Part shown: piece by piece, positions 1 through 9,278 of the stretch
How positions within the stretch are numbered: the stretch's first letter is position 1
Layout: each line of letters opens with the position of its first letter
From: Chitinophagales bacterium
GTDB taxonomy: Bacteria; Bacteroidota; Bacteroidia; Chitinophagales; LD1
Assembly (NCBI GenBank): GCA_016787045.1
Contig: JAEUVA010000011.1
Span: 143,028-207,027, forward strand
Direction: 5' to 3'
DNA: 64,000 nt
Program-made: the position numbers and the translations under genes
The notes under the pieces: generated by a model
Told to the model about the DNA's origin: nothing
The model's input: only the letters and a program-made list of their open reading frames with translations
The model's database searches: none

Positions 1-258
1 TGGATACACAGCCGCCACACCGGCAAGGGTTTGGCCACACATGTGGTGCAGGCGCTTACACAAGTGGCTTTCTTGCATGAAAATATTCAGCGATTGGAAA
101 TTCGTTGTCACATGCAAAACATGGCCAGCCAAAGGGTGGCCATCAAAGCGGGATTTACACCCAAAAACAGTATAGATAATTTTAATGTGTATGAATGGAC
201 TGCTGCTGCTTATCGCAAATTTCCTCCACCATCAATGCCGTTAGTTATTTCGCAATAA
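1..258 (+). CDS. GNAT-family N-acetyltransferase, C-terminal fragment (5' end outside window)
   Basis: The frame is open from nt 1 (WIHSRHTGKGLATHVV), which resembles the GNAT acetyl-CoA loop. It is followed by a RimJ/RimL-like tail NMASQRVAIKAGF. The listed start at 31 is an internal TTG. Confidence 0.6.
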   Translation, partial: WIHSRHTGKGLATHVVQALTQVAFLHENIQRLEIRCHMQNMASQRVAIKAGFTPKNSIDNFNVYEWTAAAYRKFPPPSMPLVISQ

Positions 259-1972
259 GTATAAACTCGCTGCCCGGCTCATCATCGCCAAAGCCACCCA
301 TGATGGGCTCTGAGTCAAGCCCTTCTACAAAAGAAAATATACGACTCTTAGTCAAAATACCGGATATGCCGCCTTTGGTTCGCAGCGCTTCTAAAAAGCG
401 GATAGCAAATGGGGAGTGCTCACCTTTGTAACCATCGGGCACTGTGTTTTTATTGCCCGATGAAATATAAACGCGCGTATGGTGCTCTAACTTTTTGTTG
501 ATGTAATTCTCTTGCGCATTGCCGGTTTTTTGCTCGTTTACTTTATATGATTTTTTGGAAACCTTCTCATCAAATGTACCGCCATAGCATACATCAAACA
601 CCACCAAAATTTGGCGGGAGGGTAAGTTGTTGATGATGCGCTGCAAGGCAGAATGTTGTATGTACGTTTTTCGGTAGGGGTCATTTTTAGTGGAGGCCGA
701 ATTTTTCATCACCAAAAAGCCATCGTTAAAAAACTGCTCGTCAAAATCACCATGGCCCGCAAAATAGATGAGCAACTGATCGGAAGAGTCCATTTGTTTG
801 GAGTAGCTGCGGATGACACTATACACCGTATCCAGCAAAGGATTTTTTAGCAGCCGTACATCAAAGCCAAAGCTATTTTCCAACTCAGCGGCTATGGCTT
901 CGGCATCTTTTACGGCATTGTTGAGGGGGGTCCATTCTTTGTACTCGTTGGTACCAATTACAAGTGCAAATTTTTTGCCGATGGCCAGCTTGCTTTTGTC
1001 TATTGCTGTATTAAAAACTGCGGCACCCCGCTGATTTTGTTTTTCTTCCTGGCGTGTAAAAAAATACTTCAGATCGTCCACCAGTTCTTTTTCAAAAAAG
1101 AAAGTGGTGTAGGGCTTTTGAGGCAGGTTACACGCGTGCTCCTGATGTATAACATCATATACAAATTTATTGCGGTTTGTTTTGTTGCCGAAAAGTTCAA
1201 AAATGTTGCGGGAGGAAGAGATGTTCCGCAAAAAATAACTGATGGGAGCGCCTTGTATGATTTGCGAATTGCAATTAAAGTAATCTAACCCGAATTTATC
1301 GGGCACTATAAACACGCGGTTTTTGCTGCTGATGGAGGCAATATCGGGCGAACTTTCTATTAAGCCCTTCACAAACATTTTACCAAAATCCTCACTGTTG
1401 CCTGCTTCGGAAACAAACAGTTGATGATTGGCTTGCACCAACTGCAACAACCCGCGCAACTGGCTCAACGAAATTGATTTCGATTTTACTTCTGCAGTGT
1501 CGCAAATATTTTGTAAGCCAAAAGGGACAAAGTAAATTTCTTTATCACCATTCGCGCCCGCAAGCATGTCGGTTCTTCCTGCAAAATTGAAAATGAAGTA
1601 ATCTTCGGGTTTAGCTTTTTCAATCACTAAATTGAGGTAAGCAAGTATGCTGTCTTTGTTAGCACTTTGGTTAAGCAGCAGATAATGATTTATCTTTCCT
1701 TGTAATGTGCTAACCGATTGCTGTGTAAAAAAACTGTCCAACAATTTGGCATCGCTCAAGCAATTGTCAAACAACATGTTGTATGGACAGTTACGCGATT
1801 TATAGTCGTTTACACCTATGGAGATAATATAGGCATATCCATTTTTGTTGATGGAGGTATCTATACTGCCAGCAGTAATGCCTCCGGCACAGAGCGTAAA
1901 CCAAGAAACAACAATTAGCAAACAAGTTATTAGCAGGCGTATGATCATAAAGCATCGGGGAAGTATTTCCAT
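245..1972 (-). CDS. Exported tandem caspase-fold (peptidase C14-like) protein
   Basis: The hydrophobic N-terminus ends in WFTLCAGG, which is lipobox-like. The C-terminal unit reads KFALVIGTNEY..LLIYFAGHGD (His)..QILVVFDVCYGG (Cys). The N-terminal unit reads YAYIISIGVNDY..YFIFNFAGRTD, with Arg in place of the catalytic His. Confidence 0.7.
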   Translation of the reverse strand: MEILPRCFMIIRLLITCLLIVVSWFTLCAGGITAGSIDTSINKNGYAYIISIGVNDYKSRNCPYNMLFDNCLSDAKLLDSFFTQQSVSTLQGKINHYLLLNQSANKDSILAYLNLVIEKAKPEDYFIFNFAGRTDMLAGANGDKEIYFVPFGLQNICDTAEVKSKSISLSQLRGLLQLVQANHQLFVSEAGNSEDFGKMFVKGLIESSPDIASISSKNRVFIVPDKFGLDYFNCNSQIIQGAPISYFLRNISSSRNIFELFGNKTNRNKFVYDVIHQEHACNLPQKPYTTFFFEKELVDDLKYFFTRQEEKQNQRGAAVFNTAIDKSKLAIGKKFALVIGTNEYKEWTPLNNAVKDAEAIAAELENSFGFDVRLLKNPLLDTVYSVIRSYSKQMDSSDQLLIYFAGHGDFDEQFFNDGFLVMKNSASTKNDPYRKTYIQHSALQRIINNLPSRQILVVFDVCYGGTFDEKVSKKSYKVNEQKTGNAQENYINKKLEHHTRVYISSGNKNTVPDGYKGEHSPFAIRFLEALRTKGGISGILTKSRIFSFVEGLDSEPIMGGFGDDEPGSEFILIAK

Positions 1973-2073
1973 CTCCTAAATATAAAAATGCCCTTGCAAT
2001 AGAGTACTCTCTATTACAAAGACATTTGTTAATTCTGTTTTGGTTGTGTTATGATGCTAACACTTACCCACCT

Positions 2074-2412
2074 TTAGCTCTTGCTGCCGAGCATCAGTAT
2101 TTCGTTGGCCACGATTTCGGTGTGGTAGCGCTTGATGCCTTCTTTATCGGTATAACTGCGGTTGGTGAGCTTACCTTCTATGGCCACTTCGCTGCCTTTG
2201 TTCAGGTACTTCTCCGCTATACCTGCCAGCTTGCCCCACACTACTATGTTGTGCCAGTAGGTTTCGGTTACCTTTTCGCCTTTTTCGTTTTTGTAGGTTT
2301 CGTTGGTAGCCATGCTAAACTTTGCCAGCTTTTTGTTTTCGGCAATGGTTTTGATTTCGGGGGCTGCGCCCAAGTTGCCCATCAGGCGTACATTGTTTTT
2401 TAAGTTGCTCAT
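2074..2412 (-). CDS. ssb: Single-stranded DNA-binding protein (OB fold only, no acidic tail)
   Basis: Motifs are NNVRLMGNLGAAPE, WHNIVVWGKLA, VAIEGKLTNRSYTDKEGIKRYHTEIVANEI. The 112-aa protein ends in LGSKS without a D/E-rich, IPF-type tip. Confidence 0.85.
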   Translation of the reverse strand: MSNLKNNVRLMGNLGAAPEIKTIAENKKLAKFSMATNETYKNEKGEKVTETYWHNIVVWGKLAGIAEKYLNKGSEVAIEGKLTNRSYTDKEGIKRYHTEIVANEILMLGSKS

Positions 2413-2497
2413 GTTTTTGTGTTTTTAGAATGATTAAAAAATTTGACGGTGCAAACATGTGGCGGGCAGCAAACTTTAGTCGGATGATAAGCGCTTA

Positions 2498-2530
2498 TAG
2501 TCGTTTAGTTTTCGTTTGTAGTCGTTTGTA
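2498..2530. repeat. Phased TCGTTT(A/G) direct repeats in the ssb / Zn-ribbon divergent intergenic region
   Basis: TAGTCGTTT occurs at 2498-2506 and 2519-2527. TCGTTTGTA occurs at 2512-2520 and 2522-2530, so copies sit about 10 bp apart. Confidence 0.5.
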
Positions 2531-2586
2531 AACGGATTTATTATTTTTATATCCACACAAAACTGCTGGGTTTAAAGCCATAAAAT

Positions 2587-2958
2587 ATGAATGAAAAATC
2601 TTGCCTTGCCTGTGGCGCTACCATTAAAGGCCGTGCCGATAAAAAATTTTGCGATGACCAATGCCGTAATGCGTACAACAACACCCAAAACAGCGATGCC
2701 AATAATTATGTGCGCAACATCAACAATACCCTGCGCAAAAACCGCAGAATATTGGAGCAACTCAATACCGATGAAAGCGGCAAAACCAAGGTAAGCAAAG
2801 CCAAGCTGCTGCTAGCCGGTTTTAGCTTTGAATATTTTACTAATGTATTACACACCAAAGCCGGTCGCACCTACTACTTTTGCTACGAGCACGGCTACCT
2901 GCCCATAGAAAACGATTGGTATATGCTGGTAGTGAGGGGCGAAGAGAAAAGATCGTAA
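2587..2958 (+). CDS. Hypothetical Zn-ribbon protein
   Basis: The N-terminus has a CLAC..(15)..CDDQC four-cysteine motif and a basic region. There is no overlap with neighbouring genes. I do not recognise the family. Confidence 0.5.
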   Translation: MNEKSCLACGATIKGRADKKFCDDQCRNAYNNTQNSDANNYVRNINNTLRKNRRILEQLNTDESGKTKVSKAKLLLAGFSFEYFTNVLHTKAGRTYYFCYEHGYLPIENDWYMLVVRGEEKRS

Positions 2959-2959
2959 A

Positions 2960-3613
2960 ATGACCAACGAAGAACTCCGTCAACTTGCCGCCCAACTTCG
3001 CCAGCCATCCGGTGAGGACGGTTTGAAAACTGCCGAACTGATGCGTGATACCAACGCATCTATGATTAGGCATGCCATTAGTCAATTAGAATTAAAAAAT
3101 AACGATTTCGTTTTAGAACTCGGCCACGCTGCCGGAGCGCATGTGTCTTGGCTCTTTGATATGTGCCCGGGCATTCAATACACCGGTTTAGAAATCAGCC
3201 CGCTGATGCATGAAGAAGCAACAAAAAACAATTCAACACACATTCAAAACAATCGTGCTTCGTTTCATTTGTATGGTGGCTCCAATATTCCGTTTGAAGC
3301 AAATACATTCCACAAGATTTTTTCTGTCAACACTATTTACTTTTGGGATAATCCAATTGAAATGGCAGCGGAGCTGGCCAGAGTATTGCAACCCGGTGGT
3401 TTGCTTTGCATCACTTTTGGCGAAGAGGCATACATGAAGCACATGCCTTTTACGGCTTATGGTTTTACCCTTTACAACACACACCAAGTAACCGACTTGT
3501 TTGCTCTTGCTGGGCTAACTCTTATTCATTCGCCATCGGCCAACGAAGTTATCAAAAGCAAAACCGGTGAAGAGATAACCCGGCAGTACACCACAGCTGT
3601 ATTTACAAAGTAG
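2960..3613 (+). CDS. Class I SAM-dependent methyltransferase
   Basis: Motif I-like FVLELGHAAGAH and post-motif LQPGGLLCITF are present. The ORF starts 2 nt after the previous stop. Confidence 0.65.
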   Translation: MTNEELRQLAAQLRQPSGEDGLKTAELMRDTNASMIRHAISQLELKNNDFVLELGHAAGAHVSWLFDMCPGIQYTGLEISPLMHEEATKNNSTHIQNNRASFHLYGGSNIPFEANTFHKIFSVNTIYFWDNPIEMAAELARVLQPGGLLCITFGEEAYMKHMPFTAYGFTLYNTHQVTDLFALAGLTLIHSPSANEVIKSKTGEEITRQYTTAVFTK

Positions 3614-3697
3614 GGGTGTTTCCCCTTTCCACGCCCTGTTAGAAAATAGTGCTGTCGTGCGGTGAGCTACTTCTATTTTTACCACAAATTACACGAC

Positions 3698-4543
3698 ATG
3701 GCTTCTATTCAAGAATTAGAAAAAATTGCCAAGCAAGTACGCAGAGATATTGTGCGCATGGTTCATGCGGTTAACAGCGGTCACCCAGGTGGCTCGCTGG
3801 GCTGCACCGAATATTTTGTGGCCCTGTACTTTGAAGTGATGAAACACAATAAAAACTTCAACATGGATGCCGTAGGTGAAGATGTGTTTTTTCTGAGCAA
3901 CGGGCACATCAGCCCGGTATGGTACAGCGTGTTGGCACATGCCGGATACTTTGATAAAAAAGAACTGAGCACTTTTCGTAAACTGAATACCCGCTTACAA
4001 GGCCACCCTACCACACACGAGCATCTGCCCGGTATCCGTGCTGCATCCGGTTCTTTGGGGCAGGGCATGAGTATGGCCATAGGCACTGCACTTACCAAAA
4101 AACTAAACAAAGATTCCTCTTTAGTTTACTCGCTGCATGGCGATGGCGAATTTCAGGAAGGCCAAATTTGGGAAGCACTTATGTTTGCTCCTCACAATAA
4201 AATTGACAACCTCATTTGCACTATAGATTACAACAATGCACAAATAGACGGCAGTTGTGATGAAGTACTCTCACACCGAAATCTGAAAAACAAAATTGAG
4301 GCCTTTGGCTGGGATGTACTGGAACTGAAAGAAGGCAACAATATGGCAGCCGTAGTAGCTGCGCTGAATGAAGCAAAATCAAGAACTGGAAAAGGCAAGC
4401 CGGTATTCATTATCATGAACACGCTAATGGGTTATGGAGTTGACTTTATGCAAGGCGGCCACAAGTGGCATGGAGTAGCACCAAACGATGCGCAGTTGGC
4501 GCAAGCACTTGCACAACTGGAAGAAACATTGGGTGATTATTAA
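3698..4543 (+). CDS. Transketolase, N-terminal (TPP-binding) subunit
   Basis: Motifs are HPGGSLGCTEYFVALY, GHISPVWYSVLA, GSLGQGMSMAIG, HGDGEFQEGQIWEA. I prefer the ATG at 3698 to the upstream GTG at 3662. Confidence 0.85.
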   Translation: MASIQELEKIAKQVRRDIVRMVHAVNSGHPGGSLGCTEYFVALYFEVMKHNKNFNMDAVGEDVFFLSNGHISPVWYSVLAHAGYFDKKELSTFRKLNTRLQGHPTTHEHLPGIRAASGSLGQGMSMAIGTALTKKLNKDSSLVYSLHGDGEFQEGQIWEALMFAPHNKIDNLICTIDYNNAQIDGSCDEVLSHRNLKNKIEAFGWDVLELKEGNNMAAVVAALNEAKSRTGKGKPVFIIMNTLMGYGVDFMQGGHKWHGVAPNDAQLAQALAQLEETLGDY

Positions 4544-4561
4544 TTCTACAAAACACTCCGC

Positions 4562-6196
4562 TTAAAACGCAAACGTGTTTTTTCCGCCTTCGTCTTTGTA
4601 CACATAATTTACCACGCGTGGCCATAGTGGCGCTACTAACTCTGTTTCCCATTGGTTGATTTCGTTGGTCAGTTGCTTCACCAACTCCGGATGTTTAGCC
4701 GCCACATTTATTCGCTCTGTGCTGTCGGTGGGCATGTGGTACAGTAGTTGTGTGCCATCGTATTCGTTGAGCATGAGTTTCCATTCGTCTTTACGTATGG
4801 CCTTGTTGAATTCGCTGCGCCACAGCAGTTTTTCGTGAGGCGGCTCACTGGTTTTTGCGGTAAGGTGCGGCAGCAAATTTGCCCCATCAAATGTGCGGTC
4901 GGCTGGCAGCTCTATGCCCATATACGCAGTAATGGTGGCAAACACATCGAAAGAAATAACCGGATGATGGACTACGGTGTTGGGTGCAATTTTTCCCTTC
5001 CAATTCATCAAAAACGGCACCCGCAACCCGCCTTCAAAGTTGGTGAGCTTCCCTCCACGGTACGGGGCATTGTCTGTAGTGCCGTTGTACACCGCCCCAC
5101 CGTTATCGCTTAAAAAAACAATTAATGTGTTTTCGGCCAACCCGTTGCTCTCTACATATTTCATTACGCGGCCCACTTCATCATCCAGCTTTTTAATCAT
5201 AGCAGCATAAGTGCGCTTAACGGGGTCGGCAATGTGTTTAAACTGTTCGTAATATGAATTGGGTGCTTGCAGCGGTGAGTGAGGGGCATTGTAGGGTAAG
5301 TACAAAAAGAAGGGTTTGTCTTTGCTGCGTTCCATAAAGGCGATGGCTTCGTTGGTGAGCACATCGGTCAAGTATTTATTTTCTTCCATGCGCTCACAAC
5401 AATTACGCAAAATGGCGCAGTTGCCGGTGCGGCCTTCAGCTGTTTTCCATTGGTGCATATCCATGTAATCGGTACGTACCGGGGTGTGTGTAATGGCCGT
5501 ATCCTTTTTTTCAGCATACATAGTAAACGCTTCGTAAAATCCGTACTGATAGTCAAACCCCCTATTACACGGCAGCGCAAAATCAGCAGCGCCTAGGTGC
5601 CACTTGCCGGTAATGCCGCAGGTATAGCCGTATTTTTTCAAAAGCTCAGCCATGGTAATTTCAGATGGCGGCAGCCCTTGGCGCAGGCGCTCTTCTACCT
5701 CCGGCACTTCTTTGGTTTTGATGGGTGATAGCGGCTTAAAGCGCGGCAGCATTCGGAAACCAAAATACTCCAGCATGTTTTTTAAGTACCGGTGGTTGGG
5801 TTGAAATTCGTGCCCGAATCGTTGCTGATAACGCCCGGTCAACAATCCTGCCCGCGATGGCGAACAAACCGGAGAAGAAATATACCCTTCAGTAAATGTA
5901 GCCCCTTCGCGCCCCAAGCGGTCTATGTTTGGCGTATTGATTTTGGTGTTTCCGTAAAGAGATATGTCTGTTTGGCCTAAATCATCGGCCAAAATGAGAA
6001 TAATGTTTGGCCGATTGTACTTGCTATAATCCTCTATCGGTTCGCTGAGATATTGCTTTTTGCCTTCTATCAGTTTTTCATCAAAATATATTTTGAATTT
6101 ATCGCTCTCAAATTTTCGCAGTAAAAAGCCGCTGCTTACAGCAACTACACTTAGCAGCACAACAATAGCTATCAATACATGTTTCCGTTTCATCAT
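4562..6196 (-). CDS. Cys-type sulfatase (arylsulfatase family)
   Basis: There is an N-terminal TM/signal segment. Motifs are ILILADDLGQTD, SSPVCSPSRAGLLTGRY (the C-x-P-x-R formylglycine motif), NAPHSPL and FLSDNGG. Confidence 0.85.
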   Translation of the reverse strand: MMKRKHVLIAIVVLLSVVAVSSGFLLRKFESDKFKIYFDEKLIEGKKQYLSEPIEDYSKYNRPNIILILADDLGQTDISLYGNTKINTPNIDRLGREGATFTEGYISSPVCSPSRAGLLTGRYQQRFGHEFQPNHRYLKNMLEYFGFRMLPRFKPLSPIKTKEVPEVEERLRQGLPPSEITMAELLKKYGYTCGITGKWHLGAADFALPCNRGFDYQYGFYEAFTMYAEKKDTAITHTPVRTDYMDMHQWKTAEGRTGNCAILRNCCERMEENKYLTDVLTNEAIAFMERSKDKPFFLYLPYNAPHSPLQAPNSYYEQFKHIADPVKRTYAAMIKKLDDEVGRVMKYVESNGLAENTLIVFLSDNGGAVYNGTTDNAPYRGGKLTNFEGGLRVPFLMNWKGKIAPNTVVHHPVISFDVFATITAYMGIELPADRTFDGANLLPHLTAKTSEPPHEKLLWRSEFNKAIRKDEWKLMLNEYDGTQLLYHMPTDSTERINVAAKHPELVKQLTNEINQWETELVAPLWPRVVNYVYKDEGGKNTFAF

Positions 6197-6252
6197 TGAG
6201 GTGGCGCAAGATAATCAACCGCACAAAAATTATGTGTTAACTTTCACTCGCT

Positions 6253-7629
6253 ATGCAAACTTGCTACTACAGATTATGTATAACCGCATTATTGGTGGTT
6301 TGTTTGGTGTGGTCATTTGCCCAGCCCACTCAAGTATATAAGCCGTCTATTAACCGTGTGCTTTTTGTGCTGGATGTATCGGGCAGCATGAAAGAAAAAT
6401 GGGGCGCAAAAACGAAATACGAAACGGCCTGCGAGTTGTTGTACAAGCTCATTGACTCTGTAGAGCAAAAAAATCCGAATGTAGAGTTTGCCGTTCGCGT
6501 ACTCGGTTTTCAGTATAGCCGTACCGAAAAAAACTGCAAAGACTCTAAGTTACTTGTGCCTTTTTCTAAAAACAATGCTGCTAATATTCGCCTCGCGCTT
6601 AACAAAATTTCACCGCAGGGCATGACCCCCATTGCGTACTCGCTCCAGCAAGCCATTGGCGACTTTCCGGCAGATGGTAAAGCGCTAAACTCTATCATCA
6701 TTATTACCGATGGCAACGAAAACTGCGAAGGCAACCCGTGTGCTGTGGCTCAGCAGTTGATTGATAAACGAATTTCTGTGCGGCCGTTTGTGGTGGGTTT
6801 AGATGTAGGCGAAAAATATACTGATAAATTAAAATGTATTGGCACTGTGTTAGACACAAAAACCGATTCTTCGTTTTACAACACCGTTGGAGTAATTATC
6901 CTCCAAACACTCAATACCACCACCACCCAAATTAACTTGTTGGATGCTGCCGGCCAACCAACTGTTACCAATTTACCGTTTACGCTGTACGACCACTACA
7001 GCAAAAAAATACTTTACAACTTTGTACACTCCCTCAACGAAAAAGGAAACCCCGATACGCTGTTTCTGGATCCGGTGGGTATTTACGATTTGGAACTGCA
7101 CACTATCCCTCCGCTCAGAAAAAACGAAATTGAGTTAGTTGCAGGCAAGCACAATATAATAGCTTTAGATGTGCCGCTTGCTCTTTTTACTGCCGAAAGC
7201 CCGCTGAGTAACTTTGGCAATAATGATGCACAAGCTGTGGTGCGCAATGCAGCGGGCCAAATTTTACAAGTGCAGAATCTAAATATGGCCGAAAATTTTT
7301 TGAAACAAACCTATCGGGTGGAGGCCACCACTACTCCCGAGAGTTTTTTAGACACTACGTTTCTTGCCTTTACCGATAACCGATGGGCGGTTGCGCACTA
7401 TGGCATACTTTCCTTTAATGCAGATAGAAGCTATTTAACCAGTATTTATCAAAACGAACAACTTGTGTTGCGTTTAGATGTAAAGCCGAAGGTATACAAT
7501 CAAAAATTGCAGCCCGGCAAATACCGATTGGTGTATAAACCTACCGATAGCCGCGAGAGCAGCAGCACGCGTATTGTTAGGTTTGAAATAAAAGAAGCAC
7601 AAACTACCAGCATAGAACTAAAACCATGA
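6253..7629 (+). CDS. Secreted VWA-domain protein (paralogue 1)
   Basis: The signal peptide ends in WSFAQ. MIDAS (metal-binding site) motifs are VLFVLDVSGSMKEKW, GMTPIAYSL and IIIITDGNENC. The C-terminal ~250 aa are unassigned. Confidence 0.75.
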   Translation: MQTCYYRLCITALLVVCLVWSFAQPTQVYKPSINRVLFVLDVSGSMKEKWGAKTKYETACELLYKLIDSVEQKNPNVEFAVRVLGFQYSRTEKNCKDSKLLVPFSKNNAANIRLALNKISPQGMTPIAYSLQQAIGDFPADGKALNSIIIITDGNENCEGNPCAVAQQLIDKRISVRPFVVGLDVGEKYTDKLKCIGTVLDTKTDSSFYNTVGVIILQTLNTTTTQINLLDAAGQPTVTNLPFTLYDHYSKKILYNFVHSLNEKGNPDTLFLDPVGIYDLELHTIPPLRKNEIELVAGKHNIIALDVPLALFTAESPLSNFGNNDAQAVVRNAAGQILQVQNLNMAENFLKQTYRVEATTTPESFLDTTFLAFTDNRWAVAHYGILSFNADRSYLTSIYQNEQLVLRLDVKPKVYNQKLQPGKYRLVYKPTDSRESSSTRIVRFEIKEAQTTSIELKP

Positions 7630-9011
7630 TTCGCCAATCGCCATATTTTACCCTACTAACAATTGTTAGTTTATTTATGGCAATGGCTATGGCATCTCCT
7701 GTTTACGCACAAGAAAAAACCCGCATCCTTTTTTTGTTAGATGCTTCGCAAAGTATGCGCAACGAATGGAAGGGTGGCACCAAGTGGCAATCGGCCTGTG
7801 GTGCACTTTCAGAAATTGCCGATAGCATCAGCAAGTTGCCCAATGTAGAAATGGCTCTTCGGGTGTTTGGGCACATGTACCCTGAGCCGGACCGCAACTG
7901 CCGCGACACTCGGCTTGAGGTTGGTTTTGATACCGGTAATGCGGTGCGCATTATCAAGAAATTAGAGGAGATTCGTCCAAAAGGAATAACGCCATTGGTG
8001 TTGACTATAGAAAAAGCGGCAACCGATTTCGGAAGTTTTAATGGTAAGAAAGTGCTCCTCATCATTACCGATGGCGAGGATGCCTGCAACCGCGATATCT
8101 GCTCGGTACAAAAAGTGCTGGAAGAGAACAATGTTGTTCTTCGTCCATTCATTATTGGTATGAACTTGCAGCAAAATATTTTTCAATCTATGAGTTGCGT
8201 GGGCAAGCTCATCAACACCGCAAACCGTACAGAGTTTACCGAGGCGCTCAACAAATCTGTGCTCGAAGCCATTTCTAAAACCACACTACAAGTAAATCTT
8301 ACTGATGTAAATGGCAAGCCCACCGAAACAGATGTGAACATGAGCTTCTATGACGTACTTGATAATTCATTAAAATATGATTTGTACCACACGCTCAATC
8401 ACCGTGGGTTGCCCGATACGATGAGTATTGCTCCGGATTTTATTTACCGGATAGTGGTGCATACCATTCCACCGGTGCTCAAAGACAGTGTAGTGCTGAG
8501 GCGAAATACACATAATACAGTTACGGTACATGCTCCGCAAGGTGAGTTAAACATATCGCTGCAAAACAATGCGGCTACAAACAAAAGCAGCGAGCGCATC
8601 AAATGTTTAGTTTACCTAAATGGCAAAACACAAACGCTAAATGTGCAGCGCATTAACACTAAAGAAAAATACCTTACCGGTTTGTATGACATAGATATTC
8701 CGACACTACCTGTTACCGCTGTAAAAAACGTGCGCATTGAACAAAGCAAAACTACCGAAGTACAGGTGCCGGTGCCGGGCACACTCACCATCAACAAAAC
8801 GTTTGATGCTTATGGAGCCATTTTCGCAGTACAAAACAATAGCATGGTAAAAATTTATGATTTACACATCAAAGAAAAACAAGAGACCATAGCCATACAG
8901 CCCGGCAAGTATCGGCTAGTGTACCGCTCCAAAAACGCCCGAACCATCCACACCACTGTGGACAAAGAGTTTGAAATACAAAGCGGTGGAAGTTTAAGTT
9001 TGAAGTTGTAA
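7626..9011 (+). CDS. Secreted VWA-domain protein (paralogue 2)
   Basis: There is an ATGA overlap with paralogue 1. The signal peptide ends in PVYAQ. Motifs are ILFLLDASQSMRNEW, GITPLVLTI and LLIITDGEDAC. The C-terminal motif PGKYRLVY is shared with paralogue 1. Confidence 0.75.
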   Translation: MIRQSPYFTLLTIVSLFMAMAMASPVYAQEKTRILFLLDASQSMRNEWKGGTKWQSACGALSEIADSISKLPNVEMALRVFGHMYPEPDRNCRDTRLEVGFDTGNAVRIIKKLEEIRPKGITPLVLTIEKAATDFGSFNGKKVLLIITDGEDACNRDICSVQKVLEENNVVLRPFIIGMNLQQNIFQSMSCVGKLINTANRTEFTEALNKSVLEAISKTTLQVNLTDVNGKPTETDVNMSFYDVLDNSLKYDLYHTLNHRGLPDTMSIAPDFIYRIVVHTIPPVLKDSVVLRRNTHNTVTVHAPQGELNISLQNNAATNKSSERIKCLVYLNGKTQTLNVQRINTKEKYLTGLYDIDIPTLPVTAVKNVRIEQSKTTEVQVPVPGTLTINKTFDAYGAIFAVQNNSMVKIYDLHIKEKQETIAIQPGKYRLVYRSKNARTIHTTVDKEFEIQSGGSLSLKL

Positions 9012-9020
9012 ATTTGCCGC

Positions 9021-9278
9021 ATGGATTTCCAGTTTATTGTTGATGAGAAGGGTCGCAAAAGTGCCGTGATTGTGCCTATAAAAGAATGGGAAAAGCGTGA
9101 TGCTGCCTATCAACTTAACAAAAAACAAAAGACAAAGCACAGTAAGAAAAAAGTATCGGATGGGCGAACAAAAGAAGAAATATTAGATGGCATCAGCAGA
9201 GCCGTAGAAGAAGTTAAACTTATTCGCGCAGGGAAACTGAAAGCAAAGACACTTAAAGACGTGTTGGATGAGTTATAG
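9021..9278 (+). CDS. Putative antitoxin
   Basis: This is an 85-aa ORF overlapping the downstream toxin gene by 11 nt. The call rests mainly on context. Confidence 0.5.
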   Translation: MDFQFIVDEKGRKSAVIVPIKEWEKRDAAYQLNKKQKTKHSKKKVSDGRTKEEILDGISRAVEEVKLIRAGKLKAKTLKDVLDEL

